Origin: an uncultured Clostridia bacterium
GTDB taxonomy: Bacteria; Bacillota; Clostridia; Oscillospirales; CAG-272
Assembly (NCBI GenBank): GCA_944393415.1
Contig: CALYAD010000028.1
Coordinates: forward strand, 9,247 to 73,246
DNA length: 64,000 nucleotides
Direction: 5' to 3'
Shown here: piece by piece, positions 8,213-17,712 of the stretch
Layout of the letters: every line of letters begins with the position of its first letter
Numbering within the stretch: the first letter of the stretch is position 1
Program-made: the position numbers and the translations under genes
The notes under the pieces: model-generated
What the model saw: the letters and a program-made list of their open reading frames with translations, nothing else
Told to the model about the DNA's origin: nothing
The model's database searches: none

Positions 8213-11200
8213 TTATTCCGAACGTAAAGATTCTACCGGATCCTTCTTTGCCGCTATTCTGGACGGTATTAGTCCTGCTATAAGAGTCAGCGACATGCTG
8301 ATAAGCACAAGTATTACCGCTCCGGCGACAGGCAGGGAGGCAAGACCCGATATATCGGAAAAATGCTGAATTATCAGCCCAATCGGGATATTAAGGATTA
8401 CAGTTACCAATATTCCTATCATTCCGGACGCGAAACCTACTATCAGGGTTTCCGCGTTGAAAACTCTCGAAATATCGCGCTTTGAAGCGCCCATCGCTCT
8501 TAGTATTCCGATCTCCTTGGTTCTCTCTAGTACCGAAATATAGGTTATTATTCCTATCATTATCGATGATACCACAAGGGAAATGGAAACAAAGAATATC
8601 AGAACATATGATATCGCGTTTATAATATCGGTTATAGAAGAGAGCAAAAGACCTATATAGTCAGTATAAGTTATCTTATCCTCATCCTGTTGGGTTAAAT
8701 TGTATTCGGTTATCAGATCAGCTATCTTCTCCTTGTCCTCAAAATCTTTCGCATAGATATAAATATAAGACGGATCATCGATATTTGAGACATCAAGAAG
8801 CTCATAATTATCATTTAAGGTAGACGATGATACGGTCGGAACATATTCATCATAATATTTTATGAGCTCTGCGTCGCTTGCGCTTGCGATCATCGCATCG
8901 AAAGCGGCGGCTACTTTTTTATTGCGCGCCGCTTCTGTCTGAGTGGGCGCTGTGTTTATTAAATAATTCTCTGCGGCAGTGTTTTCCACCTCATTCGAAA
9001 ATAATTCGTCAAGCTCTGCGGAGGTAAGCTTTTGAAGCTCCGCTCTGATAGTTTCCTCAGGCAGCGCGGTCCGATCAGTGTAAAGCTTAACAATATACTC
9101 AGACTTTGCCGTCTGTGAAATCAGCGCTTTCATGGTTTCAAACATATTCATGTTTGTTTCCCCGGAGCCGTATAGCTTTAAAGCGCTGGCAAAAGTTGAA
9201 TATACCATATCGTCTGTCATACCGTCTACCTTAGACGCGTCCTCACCCATAGCTCCAAGCATGGTTTTGAGCATTGCTCTTCTGGTAGCTGCGGAAAGAT
9301 TATCAAGCGCAATGAGCGCTTTTTCAGCGTCAAGCTCGATAATACTCGGAGCGTTCTCTATATTGCTTATCGCCGTTTGAGCTTCTTCTGTAAACGAGGT
9401 TTTGACCACCTGCTCCATCATATCCTTGATATAATCGTATAGCTGCTGCTGATCAAATGTGGAAAAATACATCTCGATCAGCTCAGGATCGTTATCTCCC
9501 GCCTGACTGATTAAAAGCTCTAACATCTCTTCCTTGGTTGAGCTTTCGCTTATCCCCGCAAGCTCCATATAAACGGCTGTCATCGCGTCAACATACTCCT
9601 TGGACGGAGTTGTCAGAATGCTTCTGTATATCTCCGCTTTTCTCGCGACAGATATGCTGTCAAGGTACGAGCGGAAGGCCGCGGGCTTTTCGCTGTCACT
9701 CAGCTTATCTTCATCATTAAGTGTGAACGGAAGTCCGGTGAAAACGTCAATATCAGGGTTTTCCAGCTGTGAGACGACTATTTCGCTCTTAGCCGTTTCC
9801 TCAATGATATACTCAGTTAACGCGGAGGTATAAACAAGAGTTCCAGAAATCGAACCCGCGGTAACCCCCGGAGCCTGACGTATTATGCCTACTATCTCAA
9901 GCTCAAGCCCTCCGGAAATAATACCGTTTAGTTGAGTCTGGTCCTCCAGCTTCGAAAGATCTGTCCAGCCTCCGTCCTCGTTTTTAACATAGTAAGAGCT
10001 TGTGGGAATCAGTTTATATTTAATACCGCACAGTTCATCATAATCAAAGGACTGTGCCGCGGTGTTTTCTATCTCCTCACCGCGCATGGCAGCCAGCATT
10101 GTCGAAAGCATCTCATCAGCCGTAATTTTACCGAGTGAGTAAAGCGTAATATCCGTTATCTGATTATCCGGCGTGACGACAAGAAGTATTTCCGACTTAT
10201 CCTGCGGCCATCGGCCGTATACAAGCTCGTACTGCTCTTTTATCATACCGTGTACAAGCTCGCTCGAGCCCTCCTCAGGCGGGAGCATTTCCTCCCACAC
10301 CTGCATCCCCCCGGACATGGACGAAGTCATTGTCGAGGCGTCTCCGCTGCCTATGCCCATATTGGTAGCCATACTCTGGTACAGTGCCGCTACATCAGCT
10401 TTGGAATAAGAGTTTGAATTTTCCTGTTTTATATACGCGTTTATATCAACGTCGTAGCCATAGCGTATAAGCTCGGCAAACTCGGATATTCTACCGTCGC
10501 TATCCAGAAATTCCTTGAATTTTTTAAGGTTATTGCTGCTTGTGGCCGGATCAGCCATTGTCTGGATAAGATCGTACATTACTGTACTGACGTAAATCTT
10601 ATTCGGGTCTTGGTTTTCCGCATCGTCGTTAGCGCCCATTAACGACGACAGCACTCCGGCAATATCGACCTCTTCTTTTTGAAGCATAATAGGATACGAC
10701 GACAGGGTTTCTCTCTGAATCCGTCCGATATAAGCGTTTATACCGTTCGATAACGAAAGTATAAGCGCTATTCCTATTATTCCAATGCTTCCGGCAAACG
10801 ATGTCATGAAAGTTCTGGTTTTTTTGGTAAGAAGGTTGTTGAGCGAAAGCGACAGCGCGGTCAGAAACGACATAGACGGACGTTTTTTTCTTCCCTTGCT
10901 TTTTTCACTTTTGCCGGAGGCCGTCTCCGCCTTCCTTATTTCCTCTGTCTCCGCAGCTTCCTCCTCGACGGTAAACGGATTGCTGTCCCCCGTTATCCTG
11001 CCGTCCTTGAGTCTTATTATACGGTCTGAATACTGCTCGGCAAGCTCAGGGTTATGAGTTACCATGATTATCAGCTTGTCGCTCGATATCTCTTTAAGGA
11101 TATCCATTATCTGAACTGACGTTTCGGTGTCAAGCGCGCCGGTCGGCTCATCGGCAAGCAGTATTTCCGGGTCATTTATAAGCGCCCGGGCGATAGCTAC

Positions 11201-11647
11201 CCTCTGCATCTGCCCGCCGGACATCTGATTCGGCTTTTTATGTAGCTGATCGCCAAGCCCCACTTTGCGGAGCACCTCTTCCGCGCGTTTACGCCGTTCG
11301 GACGCCGATACCCCGGAAAGCGTCAGCGCAAGCTCTACATTTGACAGCACGCTCTGATGAGGGATCAGATTGTAGCTTTGAAAAACGAAACCTATGGAGT
11401 GATTTCTGTACGTATCCCAGTCGCTGTCCTTATACATTTCCGTGGAGACGCCCTTGATCGCCATAACGCCGGACGTATAACGGTCAAGCCCCCCTATAAT
11501 ATTAAGCAGTGTTGTTTTGCCGCATCCGGAATGCCCGAGAACTGATACAAATTCGTTTTTCCTGAAAGCAAGAGTAACATCGTCAAGGGCGCGGACAGTG
11601 CTGTCCCCGGCCGCGTAATCCTTAACGATATTTTTTAATACCAACAA
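8213..11647 (-). CDS. fused ABC ATPase / FtsX-MacB-type permease with very large extracytoplasmic domain
   Basis: Walker A GHSGCGKTT, signature MSGGQMQRVAIARAL, Walker B ILLADEPTGALD. TM1 lies near aa 270-310. A roughly 700-aa hydrophilic domain follows, then the C-terminal FtsX bundle (ERTKEIGILRAMGASKRDI ... PSRIAAKKDPVESLR). The likely start is the TTG at 11647, 8 nt after AAGGTGG; the track ORF starts at a GTG (11659) that lies within that SD. Confidence 0.85.
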   Translation of the reverse strand: MLVLKNIVKDYAAGDSTVRALDDVTLAFRKNEFVSVLGHSGCGKTTLLNIIGGLDRYTSGVMAIKGVSTEMYKDSDWDTYRNHSIGFVFQSYNLIPHQSVLSNVELALTLSGVSASERRKRAEEVLRKVGLGDQLHKKPNQMSGGQMQRVAIARALINDPEILLADEPTGALDTETSVQIMDILKEISSDKLIIMVTHNPELAEQYSDRIIRLKDGRITGDSNPFTVEEEAAETEEIRKAETASGKSEKSKGRKKRPSMSFLTALSLSLNNLLTKKTRTFMTSFAGSIGIIGIALILSLSNGINAYIGRIQRETLSSYPIMLQKEEVDIAGVLSSLMGANDDAENQDPNKIYVSTVMYDLIQTMADPATSSNNLKKFKEFLDSDGRISEFAELIRYGYDVDINAYIKQENSNSYSKADVAALYQSMATNMGIGSGDASTMTSSMSGGMQVWEEMLPPEEGSSELVHGMIKEQYELVYGRWPQDKSEILLVVTPDNQITDITLYSLGKITADEMLSTMLAAMRGEEIENTAAQSFDYDELCGIKYKLIPTSSYYVKNEDGGWTDLSKLEDQTQLNGIISGGLELEIVGIIRQAPGVTAGSISGTLVYTSALTEYIIEETAKSEIVVSQLENPDIDVFTGLPFTLNDEDKLSDSEKPAAFRSYLDSISVARKAEIYRSILTTPSKEYVDAMTAVYMELAGISESSTKEEMLELLISQAGDNDPELIEMYFSTFDQQQLYDYIKDMMEQVVKTSFTEEAQTAISNIENAPSIIELDAEKALIALDNLSAATRRAMLKTMLGAMGEDASKVDGMTDDMVYSTFASALKLYGSGETNMNMFETMKALISQTAKSEYIVKLYTDRTALPEETIRAELQKLTSAELDELFSNEVENTAAENYLINTAPTQTEAARNKKVAAAFDAMIASASDAELIKYYDEYVPTVSSSTLNDNYELLDVSNIDDPSYIYIYAKDFEDKEKIADLITEYNLTQQDEDKITYTDYIGLLLSSITDIINAISYVLIFFVSISLVVSSIMIGIITYISVLERTKEIGILRAMGASKRDISRVFNAETLIVGFASGMIGILVTVILNIPIGLIIQHFSDISGLASLPVAGAVILVLISMSLTLIAGLIPSRIAAKKDPVESLRSE

Positions 11648-12038
11648 TTTTACAACCACCTTTTAAAAACACATTTAACGTATTTATATTAACACACTTT
11701 TATGAACTGTGCAAAAATTATTTCTCCGGCGTCGGTTAATATTTCTCAAATGATTTTATTTTGTTGATTCGTCTTATGCACATATCGTCCACATTATTTT
11801 ATACGACAATATAAATAATATACTGTCATACAGATTCAGTTCGACATAATATATATAAGCCGTACATGGTCTAAAAAGCTTAAAAAAATGATCGCCGTCA
11901 CAAAATAATCATAAACAATGTTTTTGTACAAAAAAACAAAAAATCCTTGAGTTATCCGAAACTTTATAGTCTTTGTTAACAAAATAATAAAAATGTGAAA
12001 AATTTTTAAATAACATATTGTATTTGATGCTGTTTGTA

Positions 12039-12047
12039 TGGTATAAT
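12039..12047 (+). promoter_or_regulatory. extended -10 promoter element upstream of the giant membrane protein gene
   Basis: TGgTATAAT at 12039-12047. No good -35 hexamer is present. Confidence 0.4.
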
Positions 12048-12115
12048 GAGGACAAGAATTCGTTTTATATTTATCCCCTGAACAAAAAACAGTACGGAAA
12101 GGAATGGTCTATTTT

Positions 12116-15100
12116 ATGAATAAAAATCGAAATAGCGCCAAACGCAGTATTTTCCTGTTCTCAGCGTTGGCTGTCTGTGTTATCCTCGGTGCTATACTCG
12201 CTCCGGGGTTATCTGAACTGCCAAAAGACGAAAAATCAAATTACCCTTCTTACTCAACCCCTGAAACAATTAAATTGAGCAATGACAACGCGCTTTGCGA
12301 TTTTGAGTTCGGCGAAACAAAGCTTACCGTCACACAGGATACCGCCAATATTCTTAAAGTATCCGGAAAGACCGAGGAAACGGTGGACGATCTGACAGTC
12401 ATTATCACCTTCGGGGAAAAAAGCTATTCCCTGTACAGCGAGCCGGACGGTACAGTGCGTGAACAGAAATTTATTCTTGACGTTCCTTACTGCCAATCGG
12501 TAGGAAATGTTTTTGAGATAAACGTCAGCTATATGCTAAACGGCGTTCTTTACCGTTCGGATTCAGGCGTTACGCTCGGAGTCGTTACATATAACTCCGA
12601 TAACGGTATGCTTGGATATCCCGACGGAGCGGAGTACATAAATATATACGGAGAAACCAGACCGCTTACCGGCAGCACCGTCCCGGAGGACGCAAAATTA
12701 GACAGTCAGAACGGTATGACGATAATATACAACGGAGCCGAGATTTACACAATAGTCAGCTCGACACAGTATGGAAACGCCCCGTCTTTAGAGGATTGTC
12801 TCGGCGGTATATATTCCAAGGGCAGCGATTATCTTACCGTATACGCGGCGCAGGGAATAGAATATAATCTCTCCGCAGACAACATGATAATTTCCGACTG
12901 GAAGACGGAAAGCGGCGGCTATGTAACCTTTACCGGTCTGGAACCGGAGGCCGTATATACGCTGATCGCCCGCACCCCCGCTACGGAAAATACTCTTCCC
13001 AGTGTGTATATAAGCGTTGCCGCTCACACTACTCTCGGAGAGTCTGAGGCCGCGGATAAGGCCGCGTTCGACGAAAAATACGCGTCTCTCGAAGATAAGC
13101 TTTTCGATATGGAAACCGGTACAGTAACCGTTTCGCCGGAGGAAGTCCGGTCCCTAACCGAGCTATACGAAAAGCTTTCGGAGGAGGTAAGAGCTCTTCC
13201 CGAGACGACTGAAAAAGTGTCTTTGGTTGACGGCAGCGGATATCTTTCCGAAAATCTTGAGATCATAAACAAACCCATGGATGAGCTCAGTGTTTCTGAT
13301 GGGGAAGCTTTAAATAAGGCTATCGGAGAATATAATTCGCTTTCCGACGAAGCAAAGGCGGTTATCGGAGACCGCCTCACCGAGCTTGTTGACAAAAAGA
13401 AAACGGTGGCTCTCACCGAGCTTGCACAGCTCGACGGAGCCTCCGATCCCAGCGATGAGATACAGCAGATCATTTCGGAATATGAGGATAAAATCAAAGA
13501 CGCCGTACTTATTAACGGTACCGAAACAGATGAGCTGATAGACGCCGCGGCATCTGCCATTCTTGAGCAGGCAAGATCCGAAAGCCTTACTTCTCTTGAA
13601 TATACCTATAGCAGTATTAAAAACGGCGAAAGCTACCCGCTTTACAGCGATGAGATAAAAAATCAGATAGATGAGGCATATGCAGCCGCAAAAGAAGCGA
13701 TTAACGGCGCGACCTCTTATTCCGAGCTGAAGTCAGCATCGGAAACGACTATAACCACGCTGATCCGCGCGGACGGAAAAGCACAGATTTTGTCTTTTCT
13801 GACCGAAGACGACAAAGAAAATACAAAGAATATAGCGACATCCGCCTGTCAGCGCATTGACAGCGCTTCCTCAAGCGACGAAATAGCAGAAATAGTAGAA
13901 GAATCGAAAAAGAACATACTCAGGCAGAGAGGAAAAAATGAAATAGACGATTATATTTCCTCTCTTAACATACCCGAAGGCAAGGAAAGCCTTATAACAG
14001 ATATAAAAAACACCGCCTTCAACACAATCGATACCTATGGAACGGCACCGGAGATAGAGCTTGCGGTAACGCGCGCTCAGGCTGAGTTAAAGCTGACTGA
14101 AACCTACTTGAATCTGCTGGATTCTATCGATGAAAACGACCCTTTTATCGACGCGAAGGAACGTAACCTTGATACCGCCTATGTAAACGCCCTTGACGAA
14201 ATACGCGCATCTCAAAATACCGAGGAAATCTCTGTCGCGCTCACGGAAGGTCTTGAAGCGCTGAACAACGCAATGAATAACGCCTTCCTTACCGATTTTT
14301 ATAATAAATATAAAAATATTCTCGATAAAACCGACATAAGCGCGGACGACCTTGACACAATAAACACCGCGCTTGACGAAATCCGCACATTTACGGAAGG
14401 CGAGCAGATGGCGCTCGACGATTACAGAAATAACCTGCTGCTCAAAAAAATGAAGGCTCTGTCTTTAAAACTCATTGACAGAAAGGACGGGTATAACGAC
14501 GCTGTTATCGACGATTATGTGATAGAAATAATGCTCGGGGAAGTTGACGGAGACACCGAGTCGGATAACGCGCTGAACGATCTGCTCGACGCGCTGGCTG
14601 ACGAGGCAGAGCTGGCGATAGAATTTGAAAAAATTAAAACCGACATAAAGCAGTCGATAGATGAAATCGCCAAAGACGACGATAAATTATCAAATGCTTA
14701 TGAGCTGGCGATGTCTGAGCTTGACGCTCTTGTGTTTTCGCCCACTGAGGCTGTCGAAAACGACAATTATTTCGCTCAGACGAGCGCAAAGGTAAACGAG
14801 ATATTCCGTAAATTTGAGGCATACGTGGATTTTGAAAACAAACGCGAGGAGCTGAAGCTGGCAGTAAAAAATGACGTCGACGATAAGATTGCCAGCGGTA
14901 AGTACTCGGACAGCGGCGTTGCCTCCCTGAATGGAAAATATGAAGCGGCGATTGCCGCGCTCGACGCGGTTGAGTACTCAGGAGACGCTTCAGCTCAGAT
15001 TCTTGAGGAAGTTTACGCTGAGCATATGGCCCTTATAGCGGCGGAAAAAATAGTACGGCTTGTCAGCGGAGACTGCACCGTAATTTATGAGCCCGGAATG

Positions 15101-17407
15101 GACAGTGCGCTTAGCCTGAATTTCAGAAGCGTCACTCTTAAGGAGCTTGACAAGTCCTTGATAGACGGTAAAAATTATTCCGTCGTCACCGGAACCCTGA
15201 CAGATGATGAGGCAAGCGACGCCGTCAGCAAAAAGAAGACATTGCTTACATACGAAATATCGCTGACGTCAGCTACAGAGGTAACATTTGACGACGGCGT
15301 TTATACAGTACGGATTCTGCTTCCGGAAAACCTTCGCTCTGCCACCGGTCTTCAGGCGGTAGCCGTAAACAACGGCGCTATTGAAATATTCGAGACACGT
15401 GTCGATGGGGATTATATTGAATTCAAGACCACTCACTTTTCCGAGTTCATTATTCTCGGAGATAAGGAAATAAACCTGACGTGGGTCGCAATACTTCTCG
15501 GAATAATACTTATTGCCGAACTCGTTTTTGAGATTGTATTCAGCAGAAAACAAAAAAAGAACAAGAAAGATCAGAAAATGTATTCATTTCTTCCTGTACT
15601 CGCGGTCCTGCTTACTCCAAACGGTATAATTCCGGCGATAATCGTTCTCGGCGCACTTTCTGTCGCGGGCGGAGCAGTCATAACTCATCAGGTCGTTAAG
15701 GCAAAGAAAGCTCAAGAGGAAGCTTCCACGCCCGGTACGGAGGGAGAAGAGGCATCCGAACTGACCGAAACAAACGGGCAAACAGATTTAAACGAAGAAC
15801 AGCTTTCCGAAGTAACGGAAAACAGCGCGGAATCCCCGGTATCCGAAGCTGTCAAGACAGAGGATACAGAAAACGACCGGTTAAAAGAATCAGCGGAAAG
15901 CTCCGAACCATCCGATGAAACGCAAATACTATCCACAGATGAAAAGGACAGCTATTCTGAACAAAGCGCCGACCTGACCGACAGTGTTGAAAATTCAGAT
16001 AATGAGCAGAATAAATCGCCGGATAGCCCGACGGCAGTCAATGTCGAATCATCGGGGACAGAGCAGAACGATGCGGCGGTCGGGGCTGATGACAAAACAG
16101 CAAAAACCGTTACGATTGTCGATGTCGAAGCTCCGGACGAGGAGCAGACCGAAACCTATGTAAAACCGGAAAATAACACGCCGGCAAACGTTACGATAGT
16201 AAATGTTGAAGCTCCGGACGACGAAAATCCGGAAGAGCCGGCTGTTACGGAGCCAAAACAAGCCGAATACTCTCTCAGCTCGGCAATAGAAACCGATGAG
16301 ACCGAAGAGGAAGAGACCGAGAGAAGGGCAACGGCTAAGATAGTAAACGTATATGCCGCCTCAACCTTTTCGGACGACGATGACGATTACGTGCCTGAGC
16401 AGGAGGATATATCCGACGAGGATGATGATACCGAGGATACCACGTTAATTCTTCCTGACGACACCGATGACGATACGGCATTAGATCAGACGGTCTACGC
16501 AAGCCATGGTGAAAGAGTATATGTTACATATGATTACAGCTTTGAATCAAAGCTTATACTGTCAAGTGAGGATACTCAAAGACGTTACTCATATCTATCC
16601 GAGCTGCTGCTGTCATACAAGCTCGGTAAACGCCGCAGCTGGAAAAAGGAACGGTATTACCGTAAAGGAAAAAACTATGTCCAGATGATATTCAGGGGAA
16701 AAACATTATGCCTGTGCATGGCAATACTTCCGGAATCTCTTGAGAACTCCAAATATTTCTATGAAAACGTAGGGCAGATCAAGAAATATGAAAGCGTACC
16801 CGTAATGGTAAGAATACGTTCGGGAAGAGGCTGCAAATTTGCCGCCGAGTTGATAGCGATGATGATGGAAAGTGCCGGTATTCCTCAGAAATATCAACCT
16901 GAAGACAGATTCATACCGCTTGAACATAAAGACCGTGACGCACTTGTAGGAGAAGGACTTATAAAACGCTTGGTGACAGACGGCAACGGCGATGTGGTAG
17001 CAGCGGATTTTGAAGCTATGAAGAATATGAAGTTTACGATAGAAAGCGGAATGCCCGTGCTTAAAAAAGTATCTGCCGAGGAAGCCGCTATGATACCGGA
17101 CGAGGCAGCGGCGGAGTTTGTTGAAACCGAGGCGGAAAACGACGACGAAATAACTTACGGCAGGCGAAAGGGTATTGTCAATATCGATACCATCTCCGCT
17201 TCCTTTGACTCCGGCGATACCGTCACATTGGCTGCCTTAAAGGCCAAACATCTTGTTCCCAACAATATACATTTCGTAAAGATACTCGCAAGAGGAGTTC
17301 TTGATAAGCCCTTGACTGTAAAGGCTCACGATTTCAGTATGGACGCTGTAAAAATGATCGTAATGGCGGGCGGAAACGTGGTAAAGCTGAAACATATGCG
17401 TGTGTAA
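12116..17407 (+). CDS. giant membrane protein: N-terminal anchor, about 1100-aa exported helical-repeat region, TM segments, acidic cytoplasmic tail, basic domain, C-terminal ribosomal uL15-like domain
   Basis: Single uninterrupted ORF (the track starts it at 12104; the ATG at 12116 has better SD spacing). Hydrophobic segments are SIFLFSALAVCVILGAILAP, WVAILLGIILIAELVFEIVF and FLPVLAVLLTPNGIIPAIIVLGALSVAGGAVI. The C-terminus VNIDTISASFDSGDTVTLAALKAKHLVPNNIHFVKILARGVLDKPLTVKAHDFSMDAVKMIVMAGGNVVKL parallels the uL15 C-terminal consensus. Confidence 0.8.
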   Translation: MNKNRNSAKRSIFLFSALAVCVILGAILAPGLSELPKDEKSNYPSYSTPETIKLSNDNALCDFEFGETKLTVTQDTANILKVSGKTEETVDDLTVIITFGEKSYSLYSEPDGTVREQKFILDVPYCQSVGNVFEINVSYMLNGVLYRSDSGVTLGVVTYNSDNGMLGYPDGAEYINIYGETRPLTGSTVPEDAKLDSQNGMTIIYNGAEIYTIVSSTQYGNAPSLEDCLGGIYSKGSDYLTVYAAQGIEYNLSADNMIISDWKTESGGYVTFTGLEPEAVYTLIARTPATENTLPSVYISVAAHTTLGESEAADKAAFDEKYASLEDKLFDMETGTVTVSPEEVRSLTELYEKLSEEVRALPETTEKVSLVDGSGYLSENLEIINKPMDELSVSDGEALNKAIGEYNSLSDEAKAVIGDRLTELVDKKKTVALTELAQLDGASDPSDEIQQIISEYEDKIKDAVLINGTETDELIDAAASAILEQARSESLTSLEYTYSSIKNGESYPLYSDEIKNQIDEAYAAAKEAINGATSYSELKSASETTITTLIRADGKAQILSFLTEDDKENTKNIATSACQRIDSASSSDEIAEIVEESKKNILRQRGKNEIDDYISSLNIPEGKESLITDIKNTAFNTIDTYGTAPEIELAVTRAQAELKLTETYLNLLDSIDENDPFIDAKERNLDTAYVNALDEIRASQNTEEISVALTEGLEALNNAMNNAFLTDFYNKYKNILDKTDISADDLDTINTALDEIRTFTEGEQMALDDYRNNLLLKKMKALSLKLIDRKDGYNDAVIDDYVIEIMLGEVDGDTESDNALNDLLDALADEAELAIEFEKIKTDIKQSIDEIAKDDDKLSNAYELAMSELDALVFSPTEAVENDNYFAQTSAKVNEIFRKFEAYVDFENKREELKLAVKNDVDDKIASGKYSDSGVASLNGKYEAAIAALDAVEYSGDASAQILEEVYAEHMALIAAEKIVRLVSGDCTVIYEPGMDSALSLNFRSVTLKELDKSLIDGKNYSVVTGTLTDDEASDAVSKKKTLLTYEISLTSATEVTFDDGVYTVRILLPENLRSATGLQAVAVNNGAIEIFETRVDGDYIEFKTTHFSEFIILGDKEINLTWVAILLGIILIAELVFEIVFSRKQKKNKKDQKMYSFLPVLAVLLTPNGIIPAIIVLGALSVAGGAVITHQVVKAKKAQEEASTPGTEGEEASELTETNGQTDLNEEQLSEVTENSAESPVSEAVKTEDTENDRLKESAESSEPSDETQILSTDEKDSYSEQSADLTDSVENSDNEQNKSPDSPTAVNVESSGTEQNDAAVGADDKTAKTVTIVDVEAPDEEQTETYVKPENNTPANVTIVNVEAPDDENPEEPAVTEPKQAEYSLSSAIETDETEEEETERRATAKIVNVYAASTFSDDDDDYVPEQEDISDEDDDTEDTTLILPDDTDDDTALDQTVYASHGERVYVTYDYSFESKLILSSEDTQRRYSYLSELLLSYKLGKRRSWKKERYYRKGKNYVQMIFRGKTLCLCMAILPESLENSKYFYENVGQIKKYESVPVMVRIRSGRGCKFAAELIAMMMESAGIPQKYQPEDRFIPLEHKDRDALVGEGLIKRLVTDGNGDVVAADFEAMKNMKFTIESGMPVLKKVSAEEAAMIPDEAAAEFVETEAENDDEITYGRRKGIVNIDTISASFDSGDTVTLAALKAKHLVPNNIHFVKILARGVLDKPLTVKAHDFSMDAVKMIVMAGGNVVKLKHMRV

Positions 17408-17416
17408 AATAAAAGA

Positions 17417-17460
17417 GCGGGACCGGATCATTTTGGATCCGGCCCCGCCGACTTATTTTT
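17417..17460 (+). terminator. intrinsic terminator of the giant gene
   Basis: GCGGGACCGGATC (17417-17429) pairs with GATCCGGCCCCGC (17436-17448), followed by a T-rich tract. Confidence 0.7.
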
Positions 17461-17712
17461 ATGGGGAAACTTTTTAAAAAGTTCCCCCATTTATGATTCT
17501 TTGTGCCAGCGACGATTCTCCACCGTAAGACGTCCCACCGGGACATTTCAATTCTCCATACAGAGGACAACAGGGGCTTTGCTCTTTGACCAAAAACTTT
17601 TTTGTATTATTTTTTGCTAATTGACTTTTTCTACAGGCTTAAGCCCCCCTTTTTTAAAAGGAGGGCTTAAGTAAATAACCGCTTTGTTTGTTATAAGTGA
17701 TTATTTGCGCTG

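Noticed and set aside
11840-11846. Spo0A-box-like heptamer TTCGACA in the divergent ABC / giant-gene promoter region
   Set aside because: It is a single occurrence, and one 7-mer match in about 440 bp on two strands is not compelling without further boxes or conservation.
13024-13560. 178-aa Ser-rich minus-strand ORF
   Set aside because: It is antisense to the giant gene. The serine-rich translation is typical of reading GA/AG-rich acidic coding sequence backwards.
17637-17672. Palindrome CTTAAGCCCCCC/GGAGGGCTTAAG as the terminator of the PL8-like gene
   Set aside because: No T-tract follows on either strand. It is treated as a member of the palindromic repeat family rather than called as a terminator feature.
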